A DNA stretch of 32,000 nucleotides from Pseudoalteromonas translucida KMM 520 (GCF_001465295.1 NZ_CP011035.1:690001-722000), one strand, 5' to 3'. Shown: positions 1 through 7,904, counted from the first letter of the stretch. Notes: generated by a model from the letters alone, not told the origin. Numbers and translations: made by a program.

Positions 1-1034
1 CCATCTTCGTTATAACGCGGGCGTCCTTTTAAAGCCGGAATTTGCGCGCCTAACCAAGCACCAGTAGAGTCCATCAAGTTACGGCCTACCTGATCGCTCG
101 AGTTAGCTAAACCTTTAGGGTGTTTGGCTGTTTTAGAGTTCAGCAAAATACGCGCTGATTCACATGCACTGGCAGCAAGAATTACCACATCAGCTGAGAG
201 AGTATGCTCAGTTACAGATTTTTTCTCAACATAGGTCACACCCGTTACTTTACCAGCGTCATTTACCGCGACAGATTTAACCATAGCGTCGGTAACAATT
301 TTTAAATTACCGGTCGCCATTGCCATAGGTAGTAGGGAAGTTGTGGTTTGAAAAGCAGCACCAATAGAGCAGCCGCTACCACAAGGTGTCGCATAAAAAC
401 ACGCCATGCGATCATCTTTATTACGTGTAAGTACGGCTCTGTGCATAGGGACTGCAGCAATACCTAATTTTTTAGCACTGGCTGCAATTAGTAACTCCGG
501 CACTCTGGGTGTTGGTGGCGGCTGTAAAACACCGGGTGCAGAAGGAGGCATATCGTCTAAACCTGTATTAGTTCCACAAATACCAACGAGTTCTTCAGTT
601 TTGTCATACCAAGGTGCAATATCTTCATACACAAACGGCCAATCGGCGCCTTGGCCGTCTTGACTCTTACCTTTAAAGTCGTGTTCACTAAAGCGCAACG
701 AATAGCGTCCCCAGTGATTGGTTCGCCCACCGAGCATACGTGCTCGCCACCAATAAAAATCGGTACCTTTGGCATTTGTGTAGGGCTCGTCTGGTACTTG
801 CCAACCACCATCTACGGTAGCATCGTAAAAACCAAAGCTTTTATCTTTAGTGCCTGCTCCCATTAGAGGGGCTTCGCTATTGCGGCGAAACATTGGGCTT
901 TCCGTTTTCGGATCGTAGTCTCTACCAGCTTCTAATAATAAAACTTTATGGCCCAGTTTAGTTAATGTATAAGCGGCCATTGCACCGCCAGCACCCGAAC
1001 CAACAACCAGTACTTTATGATCGAATTTAGACAT
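1..1034 (-). CDS. GMC-family FAD-dependent oxidoreductase, N-terminal ~344 aa; the 3' end runs off the window
   Basis: Absent from the ORF track because it is open at the window edge. My minus-strand translation from the ATG at 1034 reads MSKFDHKVLVVGSGAGGAMAAYTLTKLGHKVLLLEAGRDYDP...FYWWRARMLGGRTNHWGRYSLRF...ILAASACESARILLNS. It has a GxGxxG FAD Rossmann N-terminus and GMC / gluconate-2-dehydrogenase-flavoprotein-like blocks. It starts 2 nt after the stop of the upstream gene 1037..1729. Confidence 0.8.
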   Translation of the reverse strand, partial: MSKFDHKVLVVGSGAGGAMAAYTLTKLGHKVLLLEAGRDYDPKTESPMFRRNSEAPLMGAGTKDKSFGFYDATVDGGWQVPDEPYTNAKGTDFYWWRARMLGGRTNHWGRYSLRFSEHDFKGKSQDGQGADWPFVYEDIAPWYDKTEELVGICGTNTGLDDMPPSAPGVLQPPPTPRVPELLIAASAKKLGIAAVPMHRAVLTRNKDDRMACFYATPCGSGCSIGAAFQTTTSLLPMAMATGNLKIVTDAMVKSVAVNDAGKVTGVTYVEKKSVTEHTLSADVVILAASACESARILLNSKTAKHPKGLANSSDQVGRNLMDSTGAWLGAQIPALKGRPRYNED

Positions 1035-1036
1035 AG

Positions 1037-1729
1037 TTATAGCTCCTTAATTTTTATATTTTTAAACCAAACTTTGTCACCATGATCTTGCAGACCAATA
1101 TGCCCTTGCTCAGCCGTTGCAAAGTTTTCCCACGTAGCAAATTTACTATTGGCCACTAAGGTGTTCCAGGTAGTACTGCCAATTACAATACTGGTAGTGC
1201 TGATACCGTTTTGCCAGACCTGTAAGTGCATATCCTGCATGCGAATACGTACATGGTTCCAGTTATTTGCAAGTTTATGAGCTGCTTTTGGTGCTGCAAA
1301 AAGATCGTAAATAGAGCCAGATAAATGAGAATCTATTTTATTATCTGAGTGTTCTACATTATCTAAAATTTGAATTTCTGGCGCATGGGAATAGATCATA
1401 CTGCCAGTTTCGTCGGCTAATACAAAAATACCGCTGTTGCCTTTTGTAGAGATCTTCCAATCCATTTGTAATTCGTAGTCGCGGTACATTTTTTTAGTGA
1501 GAATATCGCCGCCACCTTGCGTTAGGGTCATGGCGTTATCTTCAATTTTCCATGCTGAGTTAACCGTGTCACTTTTAAAGTTACGCCACATAGACATATC
1601 TTTACCATTAAAAAGTGATTGCCAGCCGGCTTTTTGCTCTTCTATGGTTAGTTGGTTATCTGGTGTATGGGCATAAGCACAGCTACTAAAAGCCAGTGCA
1701 AGTGACAACATTTTGAATGATTTAAGCAT
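1037..1729 (-). CDS. Secreted DUF1080 (3-keto-disaccharide hydrolase family, PF06439-like) protein
   Basis: 230-aa ORF with a signal peptide, MLKSFKMLSLALAFSSCAYA. DUF1080 hallmarks are present: GWQSLFNGKDMSMW, GNSGIF, EIQILD, GHIGLQDHGDKVWFKNIKIKEL. Confidence 0.8.
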   Translation of the reverse strand: MLKSFKMLSLALAFSSCAYAHTPDNQLTIEEQKAGWQSLFNGKDMSMWRNFKSDTVNSAWKIEDNAMTLTQGGGDILTKKMYRDYELQMDWKISTKGNSGIFVLADETGSMIYSHAPEIQILDNVEHSDNKIDSHLSGSIYDLFAAPKAAHKLANNWNHVRIRMQDMHLQVWQNGISTTSIVIGSTTWNTLVANSKFATWENFATAEQGHIGLQDHGDKVWFKNIKIKEL

Positions 1730-1752
1730 AATGTAACCTCGTTTATTTATTT

Positions 1753-2982
1753 TTAATGGTTGCTAGACGCGTTTTTTAGCGTTTTATTTTTATTCATAAC
1801 CAGATGAAACCCAGCAAAAACCACAATTAATATAATAGGGAAAATAAGCAGGTTTCCTAACACTGTTTGCCCTGCTAATACTTGAGTTTGCTGCACCGTT
1901 AAGTTTGCCGCTTCGGCTTCTTTACTTGCGGCATCAATCCAATGACCGATTACCGGGTTCCACATGCTAACTGCAAACATGCCGGCACCGCCCATTAATG
2001 ACATACCCAAAGCGCCTGTTTTAGGGGCGAATTCTGCAACGCAGCCAAGCATGGTGGGCCAAAAGTAAGTGACGCCAACGGCAAACATTGCTGCTGCAAA
2101 GTAAATAGCGTTACCTTGCACTTGGCTCATTAAAAATATTCCTGCGGTTGCAAAGATTGCTGATCCAAGCAGTACCCCAGTTGGGCTAAAACGATGAACA
2201 ATTGGCCCTGCAAAAAATCTGCCTGTAGCCATAAGGCCAGTTATAAGCGCTAAAATCACCATAGGTGAAGCACCCGAAGAGCCTAAAATCTTTTCTATCC
2301 ATTGTTGTGTGCCAAACTCGGTAATGGCAGTCACTGTCATACAAACAATCAGGAATAAATACACAGGTGATAGTAGATTTTTTAGGTTTTTGCTGGTTGA
2401 GTTTACTTGCATATCAAACTGTGGAAACTGTGATTTGAGTATCATCACACCATATATAATGGTTGGAATAAGAATTAATGCCACTTGCCATTGCCAGTTT
2501 AATCCTACAGCAGTCATAGCGCTTGAAGCCAAAGCTCCAATTACGATGCCACCTGGAAACCAAACGTGAAAACGATTGAGCATAGTGGTGGTGTTTTTTG
2601 GAAACATTTGAGCAATTAGTGGGTTACAGCCAGCTTCAACAGAGCCATTAGCAAAACCAATTAAAAAGGTAGAGACTAACAATCCCCAAAATCCGTCTGC
2701 GGTAATGGTTAAAATGAGCCCAGCAAAGTGACAAACAAAAGCCAGTGCTACAAGTCGTTTAGCTCCAATAGCATTATATATAAAGCCGCCGACCATGGTG
2801 GCAACCGGGAAACCTAAAAAGGCCATGGCGTTAACCCAACCTAGCTGAGTGCTAGTAAGGCCAAACTGTTCACCTAGTTGGCCTAATATTCCGGCGCGGA
2901 TCGCAAATGTCATTGAGGTAACAATTAATGCAATACAGCAGAGCCTAAATACTAGGCGGTTGTTATTATTATTATCATTCAT
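1753..2982 (-). CDS. MFS transporter, probable sugar or sugar-derivative permease
   Basis: 409-aa ORF with about 12 hydrophobic segments and an MFS-like organisation. It lies 23 nt from the DUF1080 gene and 10 nt from the isomerase gene on the same strand. Confidence 0.8.
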   Translation of the reverse strand: MNDNNNNNRLVFRLCCIALIVTSMTFAIRAGILGQLGEQFGLTSTQLGWVNAMAFLGFPVATMVGGFIYNAIGAKRLVALAFVCHFAGLILTITADGFWGLLVSTFLIGFANGSVEAGCNPLIAQMFPKNTTTMLNRFHVWFPGGIVIGALASSAMTAVGLNWQWQVALILIPTIIYGVMILKSQFPQFDMQVNSTSKNLKNLLSPVYLFLIVCMTVTAITEFGTQQWIEKILGSSGASPMVILALITGLMATGRFFAGPIVHRFSPTGVLLGSAIFATAGIFLMSQVQGNAIYFAAAMFAVGVTYFWPTMLGCVAEFAPKTGALGMSLMGGAGMFAVSMWNPVIGHWIDAASKEAEAANLTVQQTQVLAGQTVLGNLLIFPIILIVVFAGFHLVMNKNKTLKNASSNH

Positions 2983-2992
2983 TAGCGATATC

Positions 2993-4048
2993 CTATTTAA
3001 TACCTAAAATGCGATTGTTACGTTGGGTATCTGTTTCAGCTCGACTAAAATCGTCGAATGCCTTATCAGTTGGGCGGATCAGATGGTGTTTAATAAATTC
3101 AGCCCCTTCTTTTGCGCCATCCTCTGGATGTTTAATACAACATTCCCACTCTAAAACAGCCCAGCCATCAAAGCCGTACTGAGTTAATTTGCTAAAAATA
3201 CTTTTAAAGTCAATTTGCCCATCACCTAAAGAGCGAAACCTTCCTGGGCGGTCTTGCCAGTTTTGATAGCCGCCATATACGCCAGAGCGACCGTTAGGAG
3301 TAAATTCGGCATCTTTAACATGAAATGCTTTTATCCGTTCATGGTAAATGTCTATAAATGCAAGGTAATCAAGTTGTTGAAGTACAAAATGACTAGGATC
3401 ATAAAGAATATTTACGCGCGGATGATTATTGGTTGCCGCTAAAAAGCGTTCAAACGAAACACCGTCATGTAAATCTTCACCAGGGTGAAGTTCAAAGCAC
3501 ACGTCCACACCCATTTCGTCAAAGCAATCTAGTATAGGCAGCCAACGTTTAGCTAATTCTGCAAACCCTTGTTCAACCAGTCCTTGTGGACGTTGCGGCC
3601 AAGGATAAAAAGTATGCCAAAGTAATGCCCCAGAAAAAGTTGCATGGGTTTTTAATCCCAACTTTTGGCTTGCTTTGGCTGCTAGCATTAATTGCTCTTT
3701 TGCCCATACGGTTCTTGCTGCGGGGTTACCTTTAACTGCTTGCGGCGCAAAATTATCGAACATTTCATCGTATGCTGGATGTACTGCGACTAACTGCCCT
3801 TGCAAGTGAGTCGACAACTCTGAAACTGTAAGCCCTGCGTCTGCTGCAATACCAGTTACTTCATCGCAGTATTGCTGGCTTTGAGCTGCTTTTTTTAAAT
3901 CAAATAGGTCAGAATTTGAAGTTGGCAGTTGAATTGCCTTATAACCTAAGTTACTCGCCCAGTGGCAAATGTCTTTAAAATTATTGAATGGCGGTTTATC
4001 TGAGATAAATTGTGCTAAAAATATCGCCGGTCCTTTTATTTCTTTCAT
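2993..4048 (-). CDS. Sugar phosphate isomerase/epimerase (xylose-isomerase-like TIM barrel) family protein
   Basis: The track ORF 2993..4162 overlaps the upstream gene. I place the start at Met39 (ATG at 4048, MKEIKGPAIFLAQF...), 7 nt after the upstream stop. The sequence is AP-endonuclease-2 / xylose-isomerase-like (FELHPGEDLHD, HVKDAEF, EWE). Confidence 0.8.
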   Translation of the reverse strand: MKEIKGPAIFLAQFISDKPPFNNFKDICHWASNLGYKAIQLPTSNSDLFDLKKAAQSQQYCDEVTGIAADAGLTVSELSTHLQGQLVAVHPAYDEMFDNFAPQAVKGNPAARTVWAKEQLMLAAKASQKLGLKTHATFSGALLWHTFYPWPQRPQGLVEQGFAELAKRWLPILDCFDEMGVDVCFELHPGEDLHDGVSFERFLAATNNHPRVNILYDPSHFVLQQLDYLAFIDIYHERIKAFHVKDAEFTPNGRSGVYGGYQNWQDRPGRFRSLGDGQIDFKSIFSKLTQYGFDGWAVLEWECCIKHPEDGAKEGAEFIKHHLIRPTDKAFDDFSRAETDTQRNNRILGIK

Positions 4049-4055
4049 TATTATT

Positions 4056-5216
4056 TTATCCAATTTTAAAAGTATGCCATTTGGTATCTTGTGCTGATGC
4101 AGACACCGCATTTTCAATAAATGCCATGCCACGAATTGCTTCATGAATACCGGGTACATCAAACTCGCTGTTTACTGTTGTCAGCCCTGATTTACTGGCT
4201 TGAACTTGCTTCGCAAAATTTACATAAATATTAGCGAACGCTTCAAGGTATCCCTCAGGGTGGCCTGCTGGAGTGCGTAATGCATTTGTGGCAGCGTTAC
4301 AAAGTGGGCCAACACCAGCGCGTAACAAAGTAGCTGGAGCGTTATGGCTTCTTAACCACAAGCTATTAGGCTCCATTTGTGACCATTCAATACTGGCCTT
4401 ATCGCCATATATACGCAGGGTAAGGTTGTTTTCTTCGCCCAAGGCAATTTGGCTGGCAATTAACACACCTTTACTGTGATTGTTAAAGCGTAGCAATACA
4501 GTGCCGTCATCATCGAGAGTTCTACCGGGGACAACGTGATTTAAATCAGCGCATAGTTCAGTAATTTCTAGGCCACTTACATATTCGGTTAAGTTGGCTG
4601 CATGGACCCCAATATCTCCCATGCAACAACTAATACCTGATTTGCTAGCATCTAAACGCCATTGTGCTTGCTTAGATGTTTCATCATCGCTATTGGCTAA
4701 CCAACCTTGGTTATATTCAACAATTATTTTACGAATATTGCCAAGCTCGCCATTGGCAATACGATGGCGAGCTTCTTTAACCATAGGGTAACCTGTGTAG
4801 GTGTGGGTAAGCCCGTATACAACATGACTACTATCTAGCTGTTTTTTTAGTGCTAACGCTTGTTCTAAATTAAGAGTAGCGGGCTTATCGGAAAGTATAT
4901 GAAAACCATATTGAATAGCGAGTTGTGCAATAGGAAAATGTAAATGGTTTGGCGTTACAATAGCGACAAAATCGATACGTTGATCTGCTGGTAATAATGA
5001 CTCTGCCTCAAACATGGCTTGATAACTTGCGTAGCAGCGAGCGGGATCTAAGCCAAGCATTTGTCCTGCAGCCATGCTCCGTGCTGAGTCTGAACTAAAA
5101 GCACCGGCCACTAACTCTATTAATCCATCTAAACGTGCTGCAATACGATGTACAGCCCCTATAAAAGCACCTTCGCCGCCGCCCACCATGCCCATACGTA
5201 TTTTGTTACTATTCAT
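4056..5216 (-). CDS. Gfo/Idh/MocA family NAD(P)-dependent oxidoreductase
   Basis: 386-aa ORF. The N-terminal Rossmann segment is IRMGMVGGGEGAFIGAVHRIAARLDG, followed by IVTPNHLHFPIA. An AAGGAG RBS lies 7 nt upstream of the ATG at 5216. It is the first gene of the operon. Confidence 0.88.
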   Translation of the reverse strand: MNSNKIRMGMVGGGEGAFIGAVHRIAARLDGLIELVAGAFSSDSARSMAAGQMLGLDPARCYASYQAMFEAESLLPADQRIDFVAIVTPNHLHFPIAQLAIQYGFHILSDKPATLNLEQALALKKQLDSSHVVYGLTHTYTGYPMVKEARHRIANGELGNIRKIIVEYNQGWLANSDDETSKQAQWRLDASKSGISCCMGDIGVHAANLTEYVSGLEITELCADLNHVVPGRTLDDDGTVLLRFNNHSKGVLIASQIALGEENNLTLRIYGDKASIEWSQMEPNSLWLRSHNAPATLLRAGVGPLCNAATNALRTPAGHPEGYLEAFANIYVNFAKQVQASKSGLTTVNSEFDVPGIHEAIRGMAFIENAVSASAQDTKWHTFKIG

Positions 5217-5275
5217 GGAAAAGCTCCTTTTAGTAAATAAGATTACTAAAGTAAGTTAAAAACATGTTATTTATA

Positions 5276-5339
5276 ATAGGGAAATGAAATGTTAAGTGAT
5301 AATAGTAATTCGGTTAACAATGAGACAAAATCGGCGTTT
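5276..5339 (-). promoter_or_regulatory. Conserved 64-nt cis element, copy A; predicted operator/promoter of the oxidoreductase operon
   Basis: The reverse complement is aaacgccgattttgtctcattgttaaccgaattactattatcacttaacatttcatttccctat. It matches 7905..7968 at 48/64 positions with no gaps. It points toward the ATG at 5216, 60 nt away, and lies 43 nt from the divergent araC-type ATG at 5382. Confidence 0.6.
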
Positions 5340-5381
5340 GCAAGATATAAATAAATACGCGTAGGGGCGCTAAATAGCACA

Positions 5382-6107
5382 ATGGATGAAGATAAAATTA
5401 TAACTAAAGCGGGTATACACCAATTAATAGCCGCATTTGACCTACTACCTGATATTTTGTTTTGGGTTAAAGATACGCAAAGTAGAATTTTACATTGCAA
5501 TCAACATTTTATTGAGCACCAAGGATTTAAGTCACTTGATCAAATTTTACTAAAAACTGATTTTGACTTTTCCCCAAAGCATCTGGCTTTTCAATATGTA
5601 AATGATGATAAACGGGTTATGCAGGGTCATGTTGTTACCGACAGACTTGAACTTAATCAAACACTAAGTGGTGAATTAGCGTGGTTTTCTACTTCTAAAC
5701 AGGTACTTAGAGGGGATAATGATACTATTTTAGGCACCTATGGCGTAACTCGTCACTTAGAAAAAACATCTAAAGCATTATCTCATGTTAGGGTAATTGA
5801 AGAGCCCGTTGAATACATCAGAAAATACTATCATCGTACAATAACTATTGATGAACTCGCTACATTAGCGCACCTTTCAGTAAGTGCATTAGAGCGGCGT
5901 TTTAAAAAACATCTAGCTAAAACGCCGAATCAATTTATTAACGAAATCCGCCTTGAAAATGCACGTAAGCTGTTAGTTGAAACACGCTTACCTATTTCAC
6001 AAATTGCCTATCAATGTGGTTTTTCGGAGCCGAGTTATTTTAGTAAGCAATTTAGGCGGTTGTTCGGTGAAATACCGTCTCAATTACGTAATAAAATAGA
6101 AGATTAA
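5382..6107 (+). CDS. AraC/XylS-family transcriptional regulator with an N-terminal PAS-like sensor domain
   Basis: 241-aa ORF. The C-terminus has the double HTH of AraC type (ITIDELATLAHLSVSALERRFKK...ISQIAYQCGFSEPSYFSKQFRRLFGEIPSQ). The N-terminus (DILFWVKDTQSRILHCNQHFIEHQGF...DDKRVMQG...W...GTYGVTR) looks like a PAS fold rather than a cupin. Confidence 0.85.
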   Translation: MDEDKIITKAGIHQLIAAFDLLPDILFWVKDTQSRILHCNQHFIEHQGFKSLDQILLKTDFDFSPKHLAFQYVNDDKRVMQGHVVTDRLELNQTLSGELAWFSTSKQVLRGDNDTILGTYGVTRHLEKTSKALSHVRVIEEPVEYIRKYYHRTITIDELATLAHLSVSALERRFKKHLAKTPNQFINEIRLENARKLLVETRLPISQIAYQCGFSEPSYFSKQFRRLFGEIPSQLRNKIED

Positions 6108-6988
6108 AGTATTTTATGGTTGTGTTTTGCTAATTGAATTGCACCTTGCTCAGGAGTCGATTTAGCTTTGCTAAGGTACTGTTGTGTTTGTGCAGTTAAC
6201 CAAGGCGTAATTTTTACTGCTGTACCACCGATTAAAGAAACCCTGGGGTAACCCATACTCACTAGGTGATCTACATAGCGGGTTATAAATTTAGCGGCAT
6301 ATTGTAAAAGTGATTTAGCATAGGGATCATCAGGCATAGAAAACACTAAAGGAGCAAAACTGGCAAAGTAAGCAGGCTTTGCTTTAAGTGCTATTTGAGT
6401 GATGTCGCTACTAGAGGTACAGTTAATTTGTGCTAAAAGCGCATTAATTAATGGGCTAGTTGGTAACAAACCATCGGTTACTTCTAACGCATAGCGAAAT
6501 AAGTTTAATCCTAACCATCCGCCACTTGCACCATCGCTTAACAGTAAGCCATAGCCACCAAAGTCTATGCATTTATTAGATTTTTTAGCTCCTGCACAAA
6601 ATCCAGTACCTAAAATAATTACGGCTCCAGGTTCATTAAAATGAGCCCCTTGGCAGGCAATATCTATGTCTGTGGTTAAGCTCAGTTCGGCAAATGGATG
6701 TTGCCAATCGCGCATTACTAGCATAGCGCTTTTTATATTCGCTCCAGCAAGTCCAGCGCAAGCCACAATGGATGATATTGCGGTGGTAGGTAAGTTTGCT
6801 TTGCTTAATACTGTATGTGTTGCTGCAATAATTGACTTTTGCGCCACCTCAATAGAAGTGGCAATATTTGCAGGCCCACTTATAGCTTCAGCTAATAGTT
6901 TACCTTGGGCATTTTCGAGCCTAACTTTACACTTTGTACCGCCACCGTCAATGCCTAAAAATAGCGCAGTAGATGTATTATCGTTCAT
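6104..6988 (-). CDS. BadF/BadG/BcrA/BcrD-type ATPase; N-acetylglucosamine-kinase-like sugar kinase
   Basis: 294-aa ORF. It has the ASKHA phosphate-1 motif LFLGIDGGGTKCK, plus ILGTGF and SLIGGTA. It resembles eukaryotic-type GlcNAc kinases. Its start overlaps the cutC stop by 11 nt. Confidence 0.75.
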   Translation of the reverse strand: MNDNTSTALFLGIDGGGTKCKVRLENAQGKLLAEAISGPANIATSIEVAQKSIIAATHTVLSKANLPTTAISSIVACAGLAGANIKSAMLVMRDWQHPFAELSLTTDIDIACQGAHFNEPGAVIILGTGFCAGAKKSNKCIDFGGYGLLLSDGASGGWLGLNLFRYALEVTDGLLPTSPLINALLAQINCTSSSDITQIALKAKPAYFASFAPLVFSMPDDPYAKSLLQYAAKFITRYVDHLVSMGYPRVSLIGGTAVKITPWLTAQTQQYLSKAKSTPEQGAIQLAKHNHKIL

Positions 6989-7718
6989 TCTTTTTTCCTA
7001 TTATTTCAGCAAGAGTGCGCACTGCTAAAGGATCTAAATACCCATCTTGTTTATATACAGCAGAGTGCACATGCAGCGAAACTTGATTATTGTTATGTGT
7101 TGCTATTTGCCACAGTTTAGCTGCATTACTGCAAGTAACTCCACCACCAATAACGACCTCTATTCGATTGTCAGCAAAGTTTATTAGCGTTTTTAAGTGT
7201 TGTATATTTTGTATTACGCTAGTGTTACTAAGCCACTTTGTTCCGTTAGTTAATACACGACTAATGCCAAGTTCTATGAATAAATTGAGAGCGTCTTGCC
7301 AGTTTTCAATACAATCGAATGCGCGATGAAAAGTAACACTGAGGTGATATTTTTGTGCATGTTTTACCAGTGTTCTAGTGGTTTTAATATCGAGTTTACC
7401 GTGACTAATAGCACCAAATACAACTCCTGTTGCACCTAACTTAGCCGCACTTTCAATTTGTTCTAACATAGTAGATAGCAGTGCTCTATCGACTTCAAAT
7501 AAATTGCTAATGGGTCTTATCATTACTAATAAGTCACCGTCATGTGGCATATTTTCACGGGCAACCTTAATCGCTGCAATGCTAGGAGTTAGGCCATCAA
7601 GATGCATGGCACTACACAGTTCTACTCTGCTTGCACCACAGGTAAATGCAATGTGAATATTACTAGCTAACTTATCAAGTTCATCTGCGCTTAAGCAGAT
7701 TTCCAAATTATTACGCAT
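6978..7718 (-). CDS. cutC: CutC-family (copper homeostasis protein CutC) TIM-barrel protein
   Basis: It aligns by eye with E. coli CutC: LEICLS.. vs LEICCYS, GASRVELCSA..GLTPS, VMIRP, VTFHRAFD, ISRVLTNG. I chose the start at Met23 of the track ORF (MRNNLEIC). Met18 at 7733 is also possible. Confidence 0.8.
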   Translation of the reverse strand: MRNNLEICLSADELDKLASNIHIAFTCGASRVELCSAMHLDGLTPSIAAIKVARENMPHDGDLLVMIRPISNLFEVDRALLSTMLEQIESAAKLGATGVVFGAISHGKLDIKTTRTLVKHAQKYHLSVTFHRAFDCIENWQDALNLFIELGISRVLTNGTKWLSNTSVIQNIQHLKTLINFADNRIEVVIGGGVTCSNAAKLWQIATHNNNQVSLHVHSAVYKQDGYLDPLAVRTLAEIIGKKNER

Positions 7719-7800
7719 TGTTGAGCCTATCATTTCTTTAAAAAATCCGATTAGCAAATAAATCGAAAAGTGAATGCTTATCAAAAATTGTAATATAAGA

Positions 7801-7830
7801 TATTTAAATCAAAGTATTACGATTTAAATA
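7801..7830. promoter_or_regulatory. Perfect 10-bp inverted repeat TATTTAAATC-N10-GATTTAAATA in the cutC / TBDR divergent region
   Basis: Read directly from the sequence. Arms are 7801-7810 and 7821-7830. It lies about 70-85 nt upstream of the cutC start. Confidence 0.4.
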
Positions 7831-7904
7831 GGTGTCGCTCAAAATAACAAACAGAGCATGGATACTATAAACCAGGTTGAGATTAATAAAATCTATTTAT
7901 TAGT

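Noticed and set aside
406-866. Three short ORFs (406..663, 557..811, 651..866) at the left end.
   Set aside because: They all fall inside the unlisted minus-strand GMC oxidoreductase reading frame (1..1034), which has clear family motifs.
4049-4162. N-terminal extension of the isomerase ORF (track start 4162), overlapping the 3' end of the Gfo/Idh/MocA gene by 107 nt.
   Set aside because: An internal ATG at 4048 gives a typical family N-terminus (MKEIKGPAIFLAQF) and a 7-nt intergenic gap. The extension is most likely non-coding read-through of the frame.
5267-5500. The 77-aa minus-strand ORF and an unlisted 56-codon plus-strand ORF (7858..8028) have similar C-terminal/central peptides (NADFVSLLTELLLSL vs NADFLLVFTEILLSL). 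They could be paralogous small proteins.
   Set aside because: The similarity is confined to the 64-nt element. It consists of nucleotide-identical blocks, third codon positions included, separated by fully divergent blocks, and there is no excess of synonymous changes. One ORF is antisense to the araC-type start, and neither has an RBS. I interpret this as a shared DNA regulatory element, not coding sequence.
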